Shown in pieces: positions 1 through 51,500 of a stretch of DNA of 64,000 nucleotides (the stretch's first letter is position 1; each line of letters begins with the position of its first letter). The DNA comes from Tubulanus polymorphus (lineage: Eukaryota; Animalia; Nemertea). The position numbers and the translations under genes were made by a program. The notes below the pieces were generated by a model, which saw only the letters and a list, made by a program, of their open reading frames with translations, ran no database searches and had not been told where the DNA came from. Where the stretch lies: the NCBI RefSeq assembly GCF_964204645.1, contig NC_134029.1, forward strand, positions 3,348,001 through 3,412,000, given 5' to 3'.

Positions 1-3000
1 ACTATTCCGGTTTTATCCTTTGCAATCGATGCCGGCTCCACCGGAGATTAGCTAAACAGTTGACGACGCATTTGTAGATGTAAATTTATTCGAAACGCGA
101 TTATGTTGGCAGTAATCGCGCGCCGAGAATCGAGCCGATATTAACAGCCCCCGTTAACGACCTCGGATCGCTGCACTATCCGGCGTAGAATCTTCAAAAA
201 CAACCGTTTCATTTCAATCGAAGTTTTACGGAAAATTCTTCTATAGACGAGATAAAATCAGTAACAACTTTACTTCAATTCCCGATTTAACAACTATTAT
301 CATTTCATTAACGAGTTTCTTGGAGCCATTTTATCTAGGCAGTCTGGCCACACAGTCGCCAGCACTAGGATAGATGACATCTAGCGTCTTAGACGATTTA
401 GATTCGGAGAAATGTTCAGCTTCGATGCCTCGACAGTTGCGAAGACGAGGAGACGCACCGACGGGTCTCAGGTGGATCCGTGAAATTTGATCAGAGAAGT
501 TTATGTGACATAGACGATTAACTAGTCATAAAATATACACAAAAGTTCCGTCTGCACGAAGACAACCAGACAGACAAACTTATGGCAGACATTTCTAATC
601 AATATTCATCTCAATTAACGAGCAATATATACAGGTAGAAAAATCCCCATTAAAACAACTTGAAAGTTTTTAACAACAACAATTTGTGCCGTAGTTTGCC
701 TCATTACGAAGTTGTCAGTTACATATGTATGTATCAAGTGAAAATACAAGTTTTCGAAACGGTTGTTAAACTAAGCTGTCTAGACCGGGTGGCACGGATT
801 AGATTTTCCAAATTCATCCAAAAAGCTATACGTTTTTTGTTTTTTATGATCGGAGAAAAACTTTCATCAACAAAAATAGCTATCTGTGTGAAAATACTGG
901 TTTTTCAAAATGGTGACAAAGAAGAAAAAGCTGTCTAGAAATCCGTGGGCACTGATGAGATTTTCCAAAAGTCATCACAAACATATATACACTTCTTCTT
1001 GTCATTCTAGTCTTAGGAAAACTTTCATCAACAAAAAGAGAAAACTATTTGCGTAGATTGGTGGTGGTGTTACTATTAGGCAAATGACAATTGCTTCCTA
1101 CTGGTAGCATTGATGTAATGGCAGAAACTAGATGTAATCTCTGACTGAATAGCTTCGTAGACTATGCCATAGAAAAAGTCTCACATGTATGTATGCGGAT
1201 ACTTGTAGATTAACATCAAGGGAATAGAAACCAATTGTCAGTGATATATAATGACAATCCAACTGTATTCCCAGGATAGCTACTCAACCCACGAACGGAC
1301 GCAAAGCTCTGGAATTAGTCCAGCATTGCATAATTGCATAGAAGCATCATCCTTCATCTTGATATAGACAATTTCAGCGTAATATTGACGTAAATGATAT
1401 TCCAGTAAGTTATTTATATCGGGTGATTTGCTATTTTGCTAACGAAACTTGTTTTTTATTGTATTTTTGTCACAGCCAATAACTGATATACAATATGACA
1501 CCCACGCGATTGTGTTGCTTAGATTTTTTCCTGACATTTTCCGGACCTGCATTTCCATCTCATGGTACAAACTTCTCTCCGTATGGAGATGTCAACGTCG
1601 CAAAAAAGAAAGCCACAAACATAAATAAACCCACTGAAGTTGTCGGCAATAAAGAGCTGACAAATTCGGAAATAATGGATTCGACATTCATCGACCATTC
1701 ACCATCAAAAAAAGACCAAAGTGCGAGAAAAGTCTCTGAAATGCTAGTGAAAAGTTGGCAGAATGTTGATTAGTTGTCACAGTTAATCTAAAGAATATGA
1801 TATAAGAACCTTAGACTTATACAACTGCACATCGATATATTCACTGCATCCAATAGAAAATTACATACAAGTACATACATTGTTATCGGGGTTGTTATGT
1901 ACGGTTTGCCAAACGTTATAACAAATCAAACATGGCATTCGCGCATTCCACGCCGAGAGAGAGGAGAATACCAATAACGCAAGAGAGTGAGCAACAGTTG
2001 ATACATGCGTGACCCCGGTTATTTATCACCCACGGGGCCTCTTCGATGTATCTACATCGTTTCATTAGCGCAAAGCGTCCGGCCAGCGAAAATATAGGGA
2101 CGACGGTAGTTCGGTAGAATTAATTTCGCCCGAACTATTAATCCGATGATCGCAGGAGACGCACGAGCGTAAATTATCACCCCCCGATTCGAGGGATCGT
2201 CCGCTTCGTGACGCGACCGCCCGACGCTAATAGACGTGTCAAATCACTGATCAAAATAGATGGCTAACTGATGGATAAAAAGCAGCACCACGCCATTACA
2301 TAAATACCACTTTCACCACACCAGCCACCCTCCCCCCACTGACGGCTATATCTAGATTAGAGACACTCAAATAGTGTCTGGTGGAAGGCGGTACCTATCT
2401 GTCTCTCTCATATTCAAGATGGCCGTCGACGTAGTAATCCTCTATGACGTCATCGAAATGCCTAGCAACAAGATCAACGTGTACTTATTCATACATAATA
2501 TGTATGTTTTTTGAACTCTTTAAGTCATCATAAATTGGAAGATCATTCCATTCACTGGTAAATACAAATACCCTTTTCAAAAACGATCCCAGCTAGGAAT
2601 GCAGCGTAAGGTCCGGGACAGGAATTTTTCAGCGTGATTGAGTTCGTGAAAGGGAGCTCAATCGATAAATCAATAAGTCGATAAGATGATCGATCGATTG
2701 CTATTAACGATCGCGCTCAATCAAGAGGACACCTTCGCCATCGTTCATCTACACGAGTCGCAAAAAAAAACCTCCAGCCTGATTTATAGACACGAACGAA
2801 CGTTGAAATAGTAATTACCAGGGCGACCGCTGTGTAAGGTAACATACAGGCTCTATAGAAATGTGACGTTCATGTGGCGATAACGCCAGACTCTCAACGC
2901 TAATGACATACTCAAAACATTCACTCCTTCGACAAATCTCTGGCATTCATCCTGAACTTGCCACCCTCTCCTGATGTCTAATTACTGTTTCTAGGTTTCA

Positions 3001-4510
3001 ACTTTTGCGTTAGACATTTCAACATTCTGAAAAGTTCTGGTCGCAACCGGTCGCATAGTTTCACTGCGACATGATTGTCAGGAATGGTGGCCGACTATTC
3101 TCAGTCGCGAGAGCATCAGGGGAGATGATCGCTGTAGGTTGAAGAAAGAAGAGGAACATATTGTGTGACTCTTCATGTGTAGGCCAACACAATCGTGGTC
3201 ACAGAGAATGTGTCACAACAAGTCGCATGACAGAACTACACCCGGCTTTATATTGCTATTACAAAATTTATCGCTTATTAGCTCTTAGTCAAATCAAGCA
3301 CGGATAAGATATTAAACATATCTCATTGATAGATCAGCTCATAAGTGACAAGCTAACACCAGAGGAAGCAATAGCCTATCCAACAATACTCAATCTTTCT
3401 ATGTTTCTGCTGCATGACGTCATTCAAGCTACGTGTATCAATGATTCAATAAGAACTCGCTGAAACCAATTAATGGATGATAGATAATATAACTAAAGAT
3501 AGATTTTCATCCTTCGTTTGAGAAAACTAATCATCTTACGAAAACAATTCATTATGATGTTCGTTATGATTATTCAGTTTCTCTGATAACTCTCTGACAC
3601 TGACTCGAGAAAAACAAGGAGAAAAATTTAATTGGTTTCTACTGACATCTTCTCTCTTCTCTCTCCCAGACGCAACTACAGTCAAACTCGGTTAAGTTGT
3701 TATCTGATAAGTCGTTACATTTTTGAGTCCCAATTTATATTTTCAGTTCTAAGTGTCAATTGTCATTTGGATAAGTTTTCACCACGGAGTATGCTATGAT
3801 GACTTCAGTGAGTCTGGCGGTACAAATCAACTACAATTCAACCAGAGTATTTGTTATGCTCGCTGATGAAATCATGCGGATATTCAATATTCTTTTTGCT
3901 TTAACCCTCAAAATAACTGTCAGTAACTATAAAACACGCGTTGCGATGAAAGAATTTTGACGTAAAACATACATATATATATAACAAACATAGGCACATA
4001 CAAACAAAGAGATACATAGAAAATGATTGAATCAATTCATATTCAGAACATGAAAAATGATCAGCCACTAATACTACGTGCTGTGAATACAAAGTTATGA
4101 GTCCGCTGTAAACTTGGTGTCAGTTTTGGTTATGATATCGACATGTCCATTTTTTAAAGTCCATTTACTTCATGTTTCTCTGAGGGAAAAGCCATTCACG
4201 CTTTCTGGGATTATGAAACCCTTAGAGCGGGTATGGGGGGAAGCGGACAGCATACAGGGGTTTCAGGAACCTGCATTCTATTCATAGAAGAGAGTTTCTT
4301 TAATACAGTCAAACCTCGATATACTGCCCCGATAAACCACTACCTCACCTAAGGCCGGAGTTTTTCTGAGAACAGTACATCTGTATTTTGTCTTGGAACT
4401 AGTAAACACTAACCCTGATTGCACCATATCGTTTTACCACCTAAATCATAAATCCCTGACTTGGGCGGTATATCGGAGCTTGATTGTACATCTGTATATT
4501 GCATTCTTAC

Positions 4511-40701
<36,191 letters not shown>

Positions 40702-42339
40702 GGTGACAGATTGACGAGTCTCTTTTCACATCGCTTGAACGACAGACACCCTCTCAATTCCTGAAACTATATGTAATAAAATTTACCACGATTAATAACT
40801 GTGTAATATCATCAGATACAACATGGATTCATACAGAAAGGTGGGGGGGGGCAGAGGATGGAAGGTGAGGGAGGTATTGGGTAGAAGATAGTGGAGGCCT
40901 AGAGCAGAGGTTGCGGAGACGGAGGGTGGGAGGTATGAAATTCATTTATATACACAAAAATTCGAAAGTTTCATAGCTACATGACAGAACAAATTGTTCA
41001 TCGTTTTAAATTTAACCCCCATGACTTCATTCCTCACTTTCTAAAAATAATCCTGAATGTATTCATCAAATCCTCAACTTAAAGTTAAGAATCTATTCCA
41101 TCCCCTTTATCTTTAATGTTCAATATTCTATGATGACACATAGGTAAAGAAAAGCTTAATTGAAATCAATATCCGGTGTCAATAATGGCAATGTAAATAA
41201 TTAAGCAATTAGTAAATATCTCAGGAACATTTAATTACTACCCTATGAATAGGCTACTGTATACATGAGATTCTCATAGTTACATTTCTGTTCTATTCAG
41301 AATGAATCTCTCTATTCATCATTCCTAATGAGATATAATAAAATGATAATCATAATACCATACTAGATATGTGGTTTATCCATATATAAACATGGCGTTC
41401 ATAGTGGTTCGTGTAAACATCTTATTACGGTTGCCTGCATCATCGCATTGACCACTGCACTGAATACAGGGTCTCTACATACAGTTCTAGGAATTAATTG
41501 CCACCAGATATAATTAACGATCTTCTACATGGATGAAGTCTATTTAATAACTACCCCCAGCACACTGCACGCATGTAGAAATCGGATATTTGTACATGTT
41601 TACCACGATGCCAGATGCTACATTGGACCTATGTTTGATTTAAGCCCAACCCGAAAATGAAGTACATCCCTTTTTGCGATGGAATTCTTTTCGACTTTTG
41701 CATTGTTTTTTTTTAATGATTATAATCATGAAGAAGTAATTTACTTCCACTTGAGTGCCCTGTTTGAGTGCAGTCTGTTAGGCTTGGAACAAATCGTTGG
41801 CATAATATCCAACGCTAATGTTTATTGACTTAAATTTGTATAATTATGTCTATTGATTTTTTGTTTCTAAATAGGAAAAAAGAATTTACTTTCAGTAATA
41901 ATGTTAATTAATTAATGTTAATCATTCAGTAATAATAAGTAAGTCAGTAATAATGATAAATGTATTGGTTGTGCTAGAATATAAATGGTTATGAGTTTCA
42001 TAAATGTTTCAGGTGGAAAATAAATGAATAGTTTTTCCGCTTAAATCTTTTATAGCAGCTCGGTTTATTACACGAAATAATAAATGCTGCCTCCCATCGT
42101 GAGCCTCACATCAATCAATTTCATTCAATAGCCGCGTATGATATATCAACATCGCCATCTATCCGTGAATCATGAAAACAAATCGAAGAGATTCTGAGTA
42201 GGAATCACGTTAAGTGCTGCCATCGTTGACGTCGGCAAACTGTTTTCCTAGAAGCAGTAATGACGCATGATGATTCGCTATCAACCTATGACACACTTAA
42301 ACAAAAAGCCAGACATAAAGAGACATTACAGAGGATATG

Positions 42340-42575
42340 AGACCGAAGAGAAGAAATATGTGAGATGAGAAAGGAGATGGGAGAGAAGAGGGGGAAAGGA
42401 AGAGAGAGGAGGAAAATGAGTGAGAGAGAAAAAGAGTCAAACGAATATGGGAGAAAGTAAGAGAGAAGTGTGAGAGAGGAAAAAGGAGACAGAGACTAGA
42501 GAAAAGAAAGAGAAAATGAGATAGAAGAGAGCAGAAAGGAGAGAGAAGAGAGGAGTGAAAGAGAGAAGAGAAAAA
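42340..42575. repeat. GA-rich low-complexity tract
   Basis: Near-pure purine tract; a second one lies at ~45790-45950. Confidence 0.85.
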
Positions 42576-42823
42576 ACCTATCATTCCATTTAAGCTCTCT
42601 ATAATCAATATTGCATCATGTCTAGACATCCTAAATTCACTAGATTCAATCATTCAATTCATTAACCATATTTCATTCATGAATTCGGCATTAATTCAGT
42701 TAAGATAATCATAGAGACGAGTATGGATTCATGTCCATACAATGTGCCACAGGTGACTAAAATACAGAGTTTCAGAGTTACTTTGAAAACAGGTGATCTA
42801 ATTTCAAGACTGGTACTACTTTT

Positions 42824-43092
42824 TAGGTCACTTTGATAGCCACGGACCGGCCGGCAAGGTGAGCTGTAGGTCACTTTGATAGCCACGGACCGACCGGCAG
42901 GGTGAGCTGTAGGTCACTTTGATAGCCACGGACCAACCGGCAGGGTGAGGTGTAAGTCACTTTGATAGCCACAGACCGACCGGCAGGGTGAGCTGTAGGT
43001 CACTTTGATAGCCACGGACCGGCCGGCAGGGTGAGCTGTAGGTCACTTTGATAGCCACGGACCGGCCGACAAGGTGAGCTGTAGGTCACTTT
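42824..43092. repeat. 43-bp minisatellite (aggtcactttgatagccacggaccggccggcagggtgagctgt)
   Basis: About 6 head-to-tail units. Confidence 0.95.
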
Positions 43093-44203
43093 GTAAACAC
43101 TTAATTTCCACTTACGACATACGCCATAAAACAAACCGAATGGCCTCGTAGCTATGGTAACGTAACTTCTGGTAGATCGGTGGAGAGCCGACAGGAAGTG
43201 TTTGGCGATCGGAATAACGATACGTTATTAAACCCTCGAGATGAAAAACGCTGCATCAAATCATTCAAGTGTCATTAGTAAAAACTTTAACACAACACGA
43301 CCTACGAACTAACCAACCAACCAACCGGTGTGCATCACAACCCAGTCATCGTCGTCACACTTATCGAATTAAGTGTAGTTACGTTGTCGATGTTTTGAAT
43401 AAACACGAGTCTTCCATCAACCGACGAGCCATAACACACACAGTCAATGATTCACTGCTTCAACTATAACCTCATCATCATTAACATCATTCATCATCAT
43501 CATCCTCATCATTACAGGGTTCTTACCGGTAAACCTTCTTCATTTTCTATACCTTTTCCATTCCCAGACTATGAATTTTCCATACCCCAACTTACACTTT
43601 TCCTAACTTTATTATAGATGCCCCCCACTCCCCAAGAAAATTTGTGGCAAATGTATCAATACCAAGTGTTTTCACGAAATATCTATATCATATGTGTAGT
43701 GGTATTATCTGGAAAGCGTCAAGTTGTTATCAAAATTGTTAGTAAGACAATTAAGCCTATAGCCTATAATTCAAATACAGTCTAAGACCATCCTAATTCT
43801 ATAGCCAATCTAACAACTTAAGTTTTTAAGATTTAAGATCGGCTTCATCGGACATCAGTAATGGCTTTAATCTAAGAACAGTCCAAGACCATCTTAATTC
43901 TATCGAACAAGTAAGATTTTTAAGATTTTATACCACTTTCGGACTTAGCCCTTAAGTATTCTTAGTCCCAACTGTCAAATGGGCCCTGGTTTCTACATAT
44001 AGCACTGGTATTTATTTATTTATTCTGATGACTCATATTAAACTGAAGAGACAATAATTGTCAAGCAAGTCTTGAATCCGTTGTCTCCGAGGAATCAATT
44101 GACACATGAAGCAGACATGTTGAGAATGTAGTGCCGTTGATAACAAGCTGGAACCTAATTATCCAATAGTTATCGAGCATCTCACATCTCGACTGTAGAT
44201 ATG

Positions 44204-44383
<180 letters not shown>

Positions 44384-44663
44384 AATCTGCTAACAATGTG
44401 CAAGCGGGGAGATGGAGTAGAGAGAGGAGAGAGCTCAAGTCTGTCCGTGGACATTTGAAACTATCAACGCATTTTCTTAAACATGAGTCCAAGACTAATA
44501 AAAACTCGTGCGATTATCGATCAAAGGCTGGAGGTATTCTACAGAATTTAGCAAATGCCTTTATGATATCAATTATCAATCCACTCGTTGGTGAAAATGC
44601 AGATATAATATAATGCTTTAAACTTGATGCGAAGAAATCATATAGAAAGCATACACATGTAGT

Positions 44664-44773
44664 AGAATAAAAAGAACAGCTAGCTAATACCTCTGTCCAT
44701 CTTCAGAGTATTCAATAAAGGATACTCTGAAGATGGACAGAAGTATTAGCTAGCTGTTCGATCTTTTTATTCT
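44664..44773. repeat. Near-perfect inverted repeat (~50-bp arms)
   Basis: agaataaaaagaacagctagctaatacctctgtccatcttcagagtat / atactctgaagatggacagaagtattagctagctgttcgatctttttattct. Confidence 0.9.
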
Positions 44774-45359
44774 GGCCATGCTAGCCGCTGATTGTCCAAT
44801 ACACAACCAAGAGCCTATAACTTATTAAACCAGTTTGTCTTGCAGTGTAAACTCTGTCCAGTCAATGACCACACAGAATTCTGCATTTGCTAAACTATTC
44901 CATCAAATAAGAATCAAACAACTATTCTGACTTTCGAATAAAACGAACTTCGTTTCATGGCATTCCCGACCGTAAAAGAGACACATAACCCATCAGTAAA
45001 ACAGATGGTGTACGGGGACATTTTACATTCCATCGCTCATGTATATGACATTTAATTTCCGTTTCCCCATGCATACAGCTTCGACCACTTAAAAAAATCC
45101 CTATCTATTCTCACAAAACTACCCCATTCAGATAGCCACAATGCGCATTATATAAACGAGCAAGAGATCTGTAAACGGTCGGGGATTCAATTAAAGCTCT
45201 GAAACTAACCATATGAATGTATGATGCGCGACTGTGTTTGCCTGCCAAGCTTCATCTAATGAGCTCAATTATAATGGAAGACAATTAGCGAGAACAAAGT
45301 TCTTCTTTTTTTCAGAGTATCATCAAGACTCAGCAAAATAACTGAAGTATTGAAGTATC

Positions 45360-45545
45360 CTGTAACACGGATGCAACATGTATGACTAATGTAACATGTA
45401 TAGATGGATGTACCATGTATGACAGATGTAACATGTATGATGGATATTACATGTATGACTGATATTACATGTATGACAGATGTAACATGTATGATGGATA
45501 TTACATGTATGACCGATGTTACATGTATGACGGATGCAACATGAC
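45360..45545. repeat. 18-bp minisatellite (acatgtatgacagatgta)
   Basis: About 10 variant units. Confidence 0.9.
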
Positions 45546-48500
45546 GTTGGACCGCTGCCTGTGATCATCATCTTTCAAACAAAATTCAATGACACATTTA
45601 ATGTTAGGTGTCAATCAATAGTTGGTGCCTGATGGTATTACAATGTTTTTGCCGGAATGACATCTCATTTCCATCAAGTCACAATCTATTCAGTGTGTCT
45701 ACAGTAATAACAGATACCAACTGCGCTCTTCCTTAACGCCGACTACTATTTCTGGACAATCGATTGAGCTTCCCCTCTAAACCACAACCAGACAGAGCAA
45801 GAGATCAGAGTGGGAGAGAGAAGGACAATGAGGAGAGGAAAGAGAGGGCTGGGTGGGGCAGAAAGGATAATCTGGGGAAGGCAATGAGAGAGGAGAGGGA
45901 AAGAGGGCAGTGGTGTGACGGAGAGAACAGACTGTGGAGAAGGCGAGAGATAAAATAATGAAAACACTATAGTCATTATGTATTCAAGTAATCTATTGAT
46001 ATGACTTCATTCTGTCGTTTGCATCGTTTTATATAAAACAAGGCGTTCGGTAGCGCAGTGGCTGAGAGTGGAGAAGAGCTAGTTATTCCTCATGGGACAC
46101 TGTATATGTATTAGTGCATATGACACTATCAGATGACTAAGCTGGGTAAATGTTGATGATAACAGCACCGGACCCATCACTGATTAACACGGAAAAGTAA
46201 ATGCGATTACCGTCCAAGGTTAATGGATGACACTTACTATGTCCACTGAAGTATCGTCCCCTTATCCAGGATTTTGACCACGGAAGCATCCCTTAAAACA
46301 TTCCTTGTATACATGTAGTATTGAAAATTACTCGCAATTCACATTGATGTAGAAACAGTTTGAAATAAAGATCATAGCAATGTGGAAATGGTATCTAAAG
46401 GGTTAAACCTATAACACAAGTGTATAAGACATAAAGATATGGAAATAACTTCATGAAAATGAAATATTTCATTTATCTTCAGCTTTTATTTCACGAAGTT
46501 TCGAATGAATTACGTTTTCTCGATTGCCAGCGCTCCCGGAGCCAAACCGTCGCAAACGCGGAATCTTATTATAATCGTAAAATTAATGGCTTTCATGAAT
46601 ATTTCATCGACAGGAATGTGTACCCATAAATTTCTCGAGATGGACTCTACATCGAGGCGTAGCCCGGTGCGCAATGCAATACCCGGTCGATGAAATTCGA
46701 AATTACCGATTCCGACTCGAGGACGATAAACAAATCGTACCGGCAGAAATGAAAGCCGCGGCTATAAATAAGATTCTAACGGAGAGTGGCTTATTTTCTT
46801 TGACATTTATCCGAAGAACTAACGAGGCCGCCTCGCGGATCTTAAAAATATAAAGAAAAGCATTTTAGTGAATCCCATAGCGAGAGATCCAGATGATGCG
46901 TTATTTACCGACAACAAGCTGATTCTATTTACAACACGGGTGACAGACATGATGGTCACGTGTTGATGCTGACATTTTGCTCATCAAGGTTTTACATATC
47001 GTGATACATACTAAACAGGGGGGTGAATACTAGTCTTACCTCCAGACAGACACAGAAACACTTAATAATGATGATTATGGATATGTCCTTAAAATTGTCT
47101 TCTAGGCAGTTTCACATAGCTATTAAATGGACCAGAGCTGGATACAGGAACAGCTTTGGCTTCAGTGAAATTTCTCAGCCCACTTCATGTACTTGAGACT
47201 AGAACCACGATCACATGGAGACGATTAGGCCTGGGCCAAATTGGCACAGATCAGGCCCGAGTCAAATTTGGCCCTTGTCTAATTAGAGAGCATGTTCACG
47301 CATAAACTTCCGGAACCAGTTGTAATTCACACGCAATAATTTGGCCCGTGCTATAATTTGGCACATGTCTGGTCCGACGTTTTGGTTGGGCCAAACAGGC
47401 ACAGGCCCATCTGGCACTCATGTGAACAGTTATTCTGGGCCAAATTTGGATGTGATTGTACATCTCTGGATCGAAGTCGAGGGTTGTTCTACTCGGAGGA
47501 GTCAATCTTAAAGACCGTTGATGGTTCTACACAGTTCGTCTAGTATTCCGCCTAGACTAATGTGTGGAGATCTTTAAGAATCGACAACCTATGCGCAAAA
47601 AATAGAACTTCATATTTCAACCAATAGTGAATACTATGTGATTCGTTCAGAATCAATTCTAGTCTCTTGAGACTATGTGTATGAAACAGTAATTAATTTC
47701 ACAGTCCTACTGCAAAAATCAATGGCGCGAGTGGCACTTTTCAGCTCACTATGTACGATACTCGAAATCATTTTAAGGCATATATTAGACTTAAAAATTT
47801 GGCACTTGTAAGTTACAATAGATCCTAAAATTAATGATTAATTTATGTAGTGTAAACATTGCCAAATTCTAGTCGATTCACCTGTACATTCACTTCACTA
47901 TGAGATTTAAGAGTTCCTATTTCTACAATTTTGAAATCAGAAGATTTTCCTATAAGATTTGTCTGTTAGATTTTATGCTCAAAAGTGCATACGGTAACAA
48001 ATGATCCCAGTATTTTTGAATATCTGAAGTTTCTGTGAAGATTGGATTTGGGTGATCACGGAGGTTAGAGGTTTTCTACCTCGCACCTCTTTGATTTAGA
48101 TCATAAGATTGCAGAGTGGTCACTCGCTTATATGCTGAATCTGATACTTAACAATTTCGAAACATTCGATTTCCACCTCTGACTCAAACTGAAAAAACTG
48201 TGGGCGACAACATTTCATCGTTTCTGTCAGCTACGGAAATTAACAAGTCATAAGAAGCAGATTCTGTATTTCGTCGGTCAATCAACATCGTGACAGTTTG
48301 TATATTCCATCATCCATTATATGAATAATTCATCTGTGAAGTACTCACTTATATTTCCCTTTTTTAATCTTCAAAATGGATTTTATCACTATGAGGAAAT
48401 AAATACGCTTTCAAATCGAATTCGCTATCACTTCAATATTGTAATTTCACTGAGTGGATTTTTAGATTTTGTTGCAGCTATAGACGTATCGGTTATGTAG

Positions 48501-51500
48501 CTGAAAACATGGCATTAATGGTGAATACTGGTTTCAGAATGCTGGTGACATAAAGTCTGCTGCAGTAAGAACCGATACGTCAATTTTTAAGAAGGAAAAG
48601 TTACGAGTGTAACAGGCTCAGGCGGTTTCAGGTTTTAATTCTGTCCCTTTCCAGTGAAATAAAGAGAACATCAAATCTAGAAACTCTAATCATTACAGCA
48701 CTCATGGCTGGAAATTCTCAGAATAAGCCCACGATACATAGGAATAGACCTAATGCCAGTACTGTACAAACTATCATAATTTACTAACTGGGTCGAGCCA
48801 TTCTTCGTCAACATTTCAATTTTAATCAACCACTGTTTTTGGGGGAACTTTGTGATTGAGTCAGTGTGAGCTTTTTTTTTTAATCCAAAAAAAGAAATCA
48901 AGTTAAACTCAAAATCTACAAACCGGATCCAGCGAGTCATTGTCTATATTTCAATTTTAGACATACCTTGTAGGATCTTTTTGCTCGATCAATTGATTGT
49001 ATGGTGACAGTAGTGCAGTAGTAGTAGCCGGCTATGGGGGAATTTTTGTGCTTTTCGCAGTCAGCGTTTGCTCTAATAAATCAACGGATAGACATAAATA
49101 TCGATTAAGCATCGGGAAGATGAAGTAACTGCAGTGAATCACTAGAACTCTGTCTGTCATCAATTACCCCTAAATATGGTCACCAGGGATATTTCTTTTG
49201 TCCAGCAATGATGCCAATAAAACATTTGCCTAAGCGGAGAGAATAGAACCCACTGAGTGAACAATGGTAATGTGCGAGAACACTGATTAAATATAAGCAG
49301 CCACAATAGACCCCCCCCCCCCCCCCCGAATCAAATTTGGCCTAGCTTAATCGGAGGGTGTGTCCACATGTTATTCACTTATTACTTGCAAATCAAAAAA
49401 TGTTTGGCCTATCAAAAATGTCTGTGGCAGGCGAGGTGTATTCCAGCATAGCATTCACACAGAATAACTTGACGTGCGCCAAATCTGGCTCGAGTTAAAA
49501 ATGCTTGTTTGGTTGTCTCTTTAGAGACAGAGTCTTGATTGAGGCTCTGATTATAACGAACTGGAGGAAGATAGGAAGGAGTGAAGGTCCTATGCGACTG
49601 AATCCTCCAAAAGTTGATCTTGTTTTCTATGTTTTCTATAGCTTATTTGAGTAGTTGTCTATCTATTGTGCACGATTCAATAATTCGTCTGTCTACTGAA
49701 GTGACATTTAATGTCACGAAATGAGTTATCACCTCGACGATGACGATACCAACTGATTCCTCCGAGGAGGTGAATCCAATTTGAAAAAGCTTTTCGTACG
49801 ATACAAATAAAGCCCAGTACATAATCGAGCAATGGATTATATGCATTGTGATAATGATATTATGGACCATATGGCAGTATCAGATTCTGATACATTTATG
49901 ATCAGGCTCAGGAAACAGTTCCCAACTAATTCACCAGTCACAGTCTCTGAAAGATTATTGACTGTAGGAAGTCTTCCAGTTTTAAATCTTTGGCAGCTTC
50001 ATAATTTGAGGAACCTTTCAATATTTTCAAATCAATCGATTTTTAAATATGACAGATTGTAGATAATGTTTTTTAACCCTGCACAACGTGTAGAGATTTT
50101 GTATAGTCTTAGACGCGGTAAAGGTTTTTTGCATGATTGAACGTGATTTGACATTATTCACTAGGTATTTATTATTCCGGTGTTGAGCCCTGCTGGAATC
50201 AATCAGGTGGAGGCTGTATATGGAGCTACGTGGTCGTTGTTGAGATGCTGTATACAACAATCCACAGTGGACCACAGTCCCGGGCAGTCCATAGATCAGG
50301 GGTGGACCCAATAATTGAAAGAGTATTCAATTTGAAAAGGGCAGATTTGGCAATGCGAGAGCAACCACAAAATTTTAGACAAAAATGGGCTTTTCCGGCC
50401 TTTTTAGGCCTATAACTTTTTCATCTTTGCACGTTGAGACTATTTGGAGGGTAGATTCAAATTTTGAATACGCCGGTTTGAGGAAATAATTTTCTAATAC
50501 CCATAATTTCAACTCTTTGCTGATAAATAATTTCCATATCCATTATAACCCTAATAAGCATGATATATATACATATGAATGACATCATTATATATGAGGA
50601 TTTTGAATGATCTTATCCATTAAGATGATTTGATAATAACTATTATCAAAGTACAGTACATCTAGATAGTTATCATTGCTATGAAGTATATCACATATGT
50701 ATCATATATATCTATATAACTACAAAATTGTGAAATGGATAATCACAGAAAATAAACACTCAACAAATCTATTTAAAACCGAAATTAAACCATAGTGGGT
50801 TTTATCTTTCAATTATGAGGAATCTGCAGATAGAAAAACTGTAGTTTATTTGTGGGTTTTTTTCTAGTTTAGATGAAAAAAAAAAGAGAAAAACCTCTCT
50901 CTACGCCTTTCAATTTGATGCATGGATAAATTGTCACATGCATCCCTAGATTTTTCGATTTAAATTTATTGCTCCATGTACTACAGTTCAAAACAATATA
51001 CCAGTAATTCAAACAAATGACAAAAAGACTTGTAACTGTAAAATAGATATTCTATTCATCGTTTCCAATAAGCCTATAACGAATAGTAATAAACCTGTAA
51101 CTCATTTATATTTTACCGATATTGTTTAGCGCTCTCGCTCGTTTTATTAATGCATAAGTTATTACTCATCTATTTAAGGTGAATCGGCTCAATGTTACAT
51201 TACATTTGAATCTGGTTCGTTAGGTTAGAAATAGAACTAATTTCAACCCCAGAATTAAATTTAATTCATAACCATACAACTGGGTATTTTTTTCTGAATA
51301 CATGGAATGTTTCTGTACCAAAAACGTATTATTCAAATGCCTGATTTTCTTGTAGGGAGTAAACTCACTGGAATGGAACTGATTATTCTGCTGTTCAGCT
51401 CTGAGCATTGTATAATTAATGACTCATTCTGTCAATGCTGGGGATCCTGATAGTCAGGTGTAAGTCACCGACTGAGTGGTCCAATTCTAATATCAGCAAT

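Noticed and set aside
1-4510. Expected next Mint exon (AQxIAQSIGQAF...) or a nested gene
   Set aside because: No such peptide or convincing ORF was found by eye; the region is treated as a long intron running off the window
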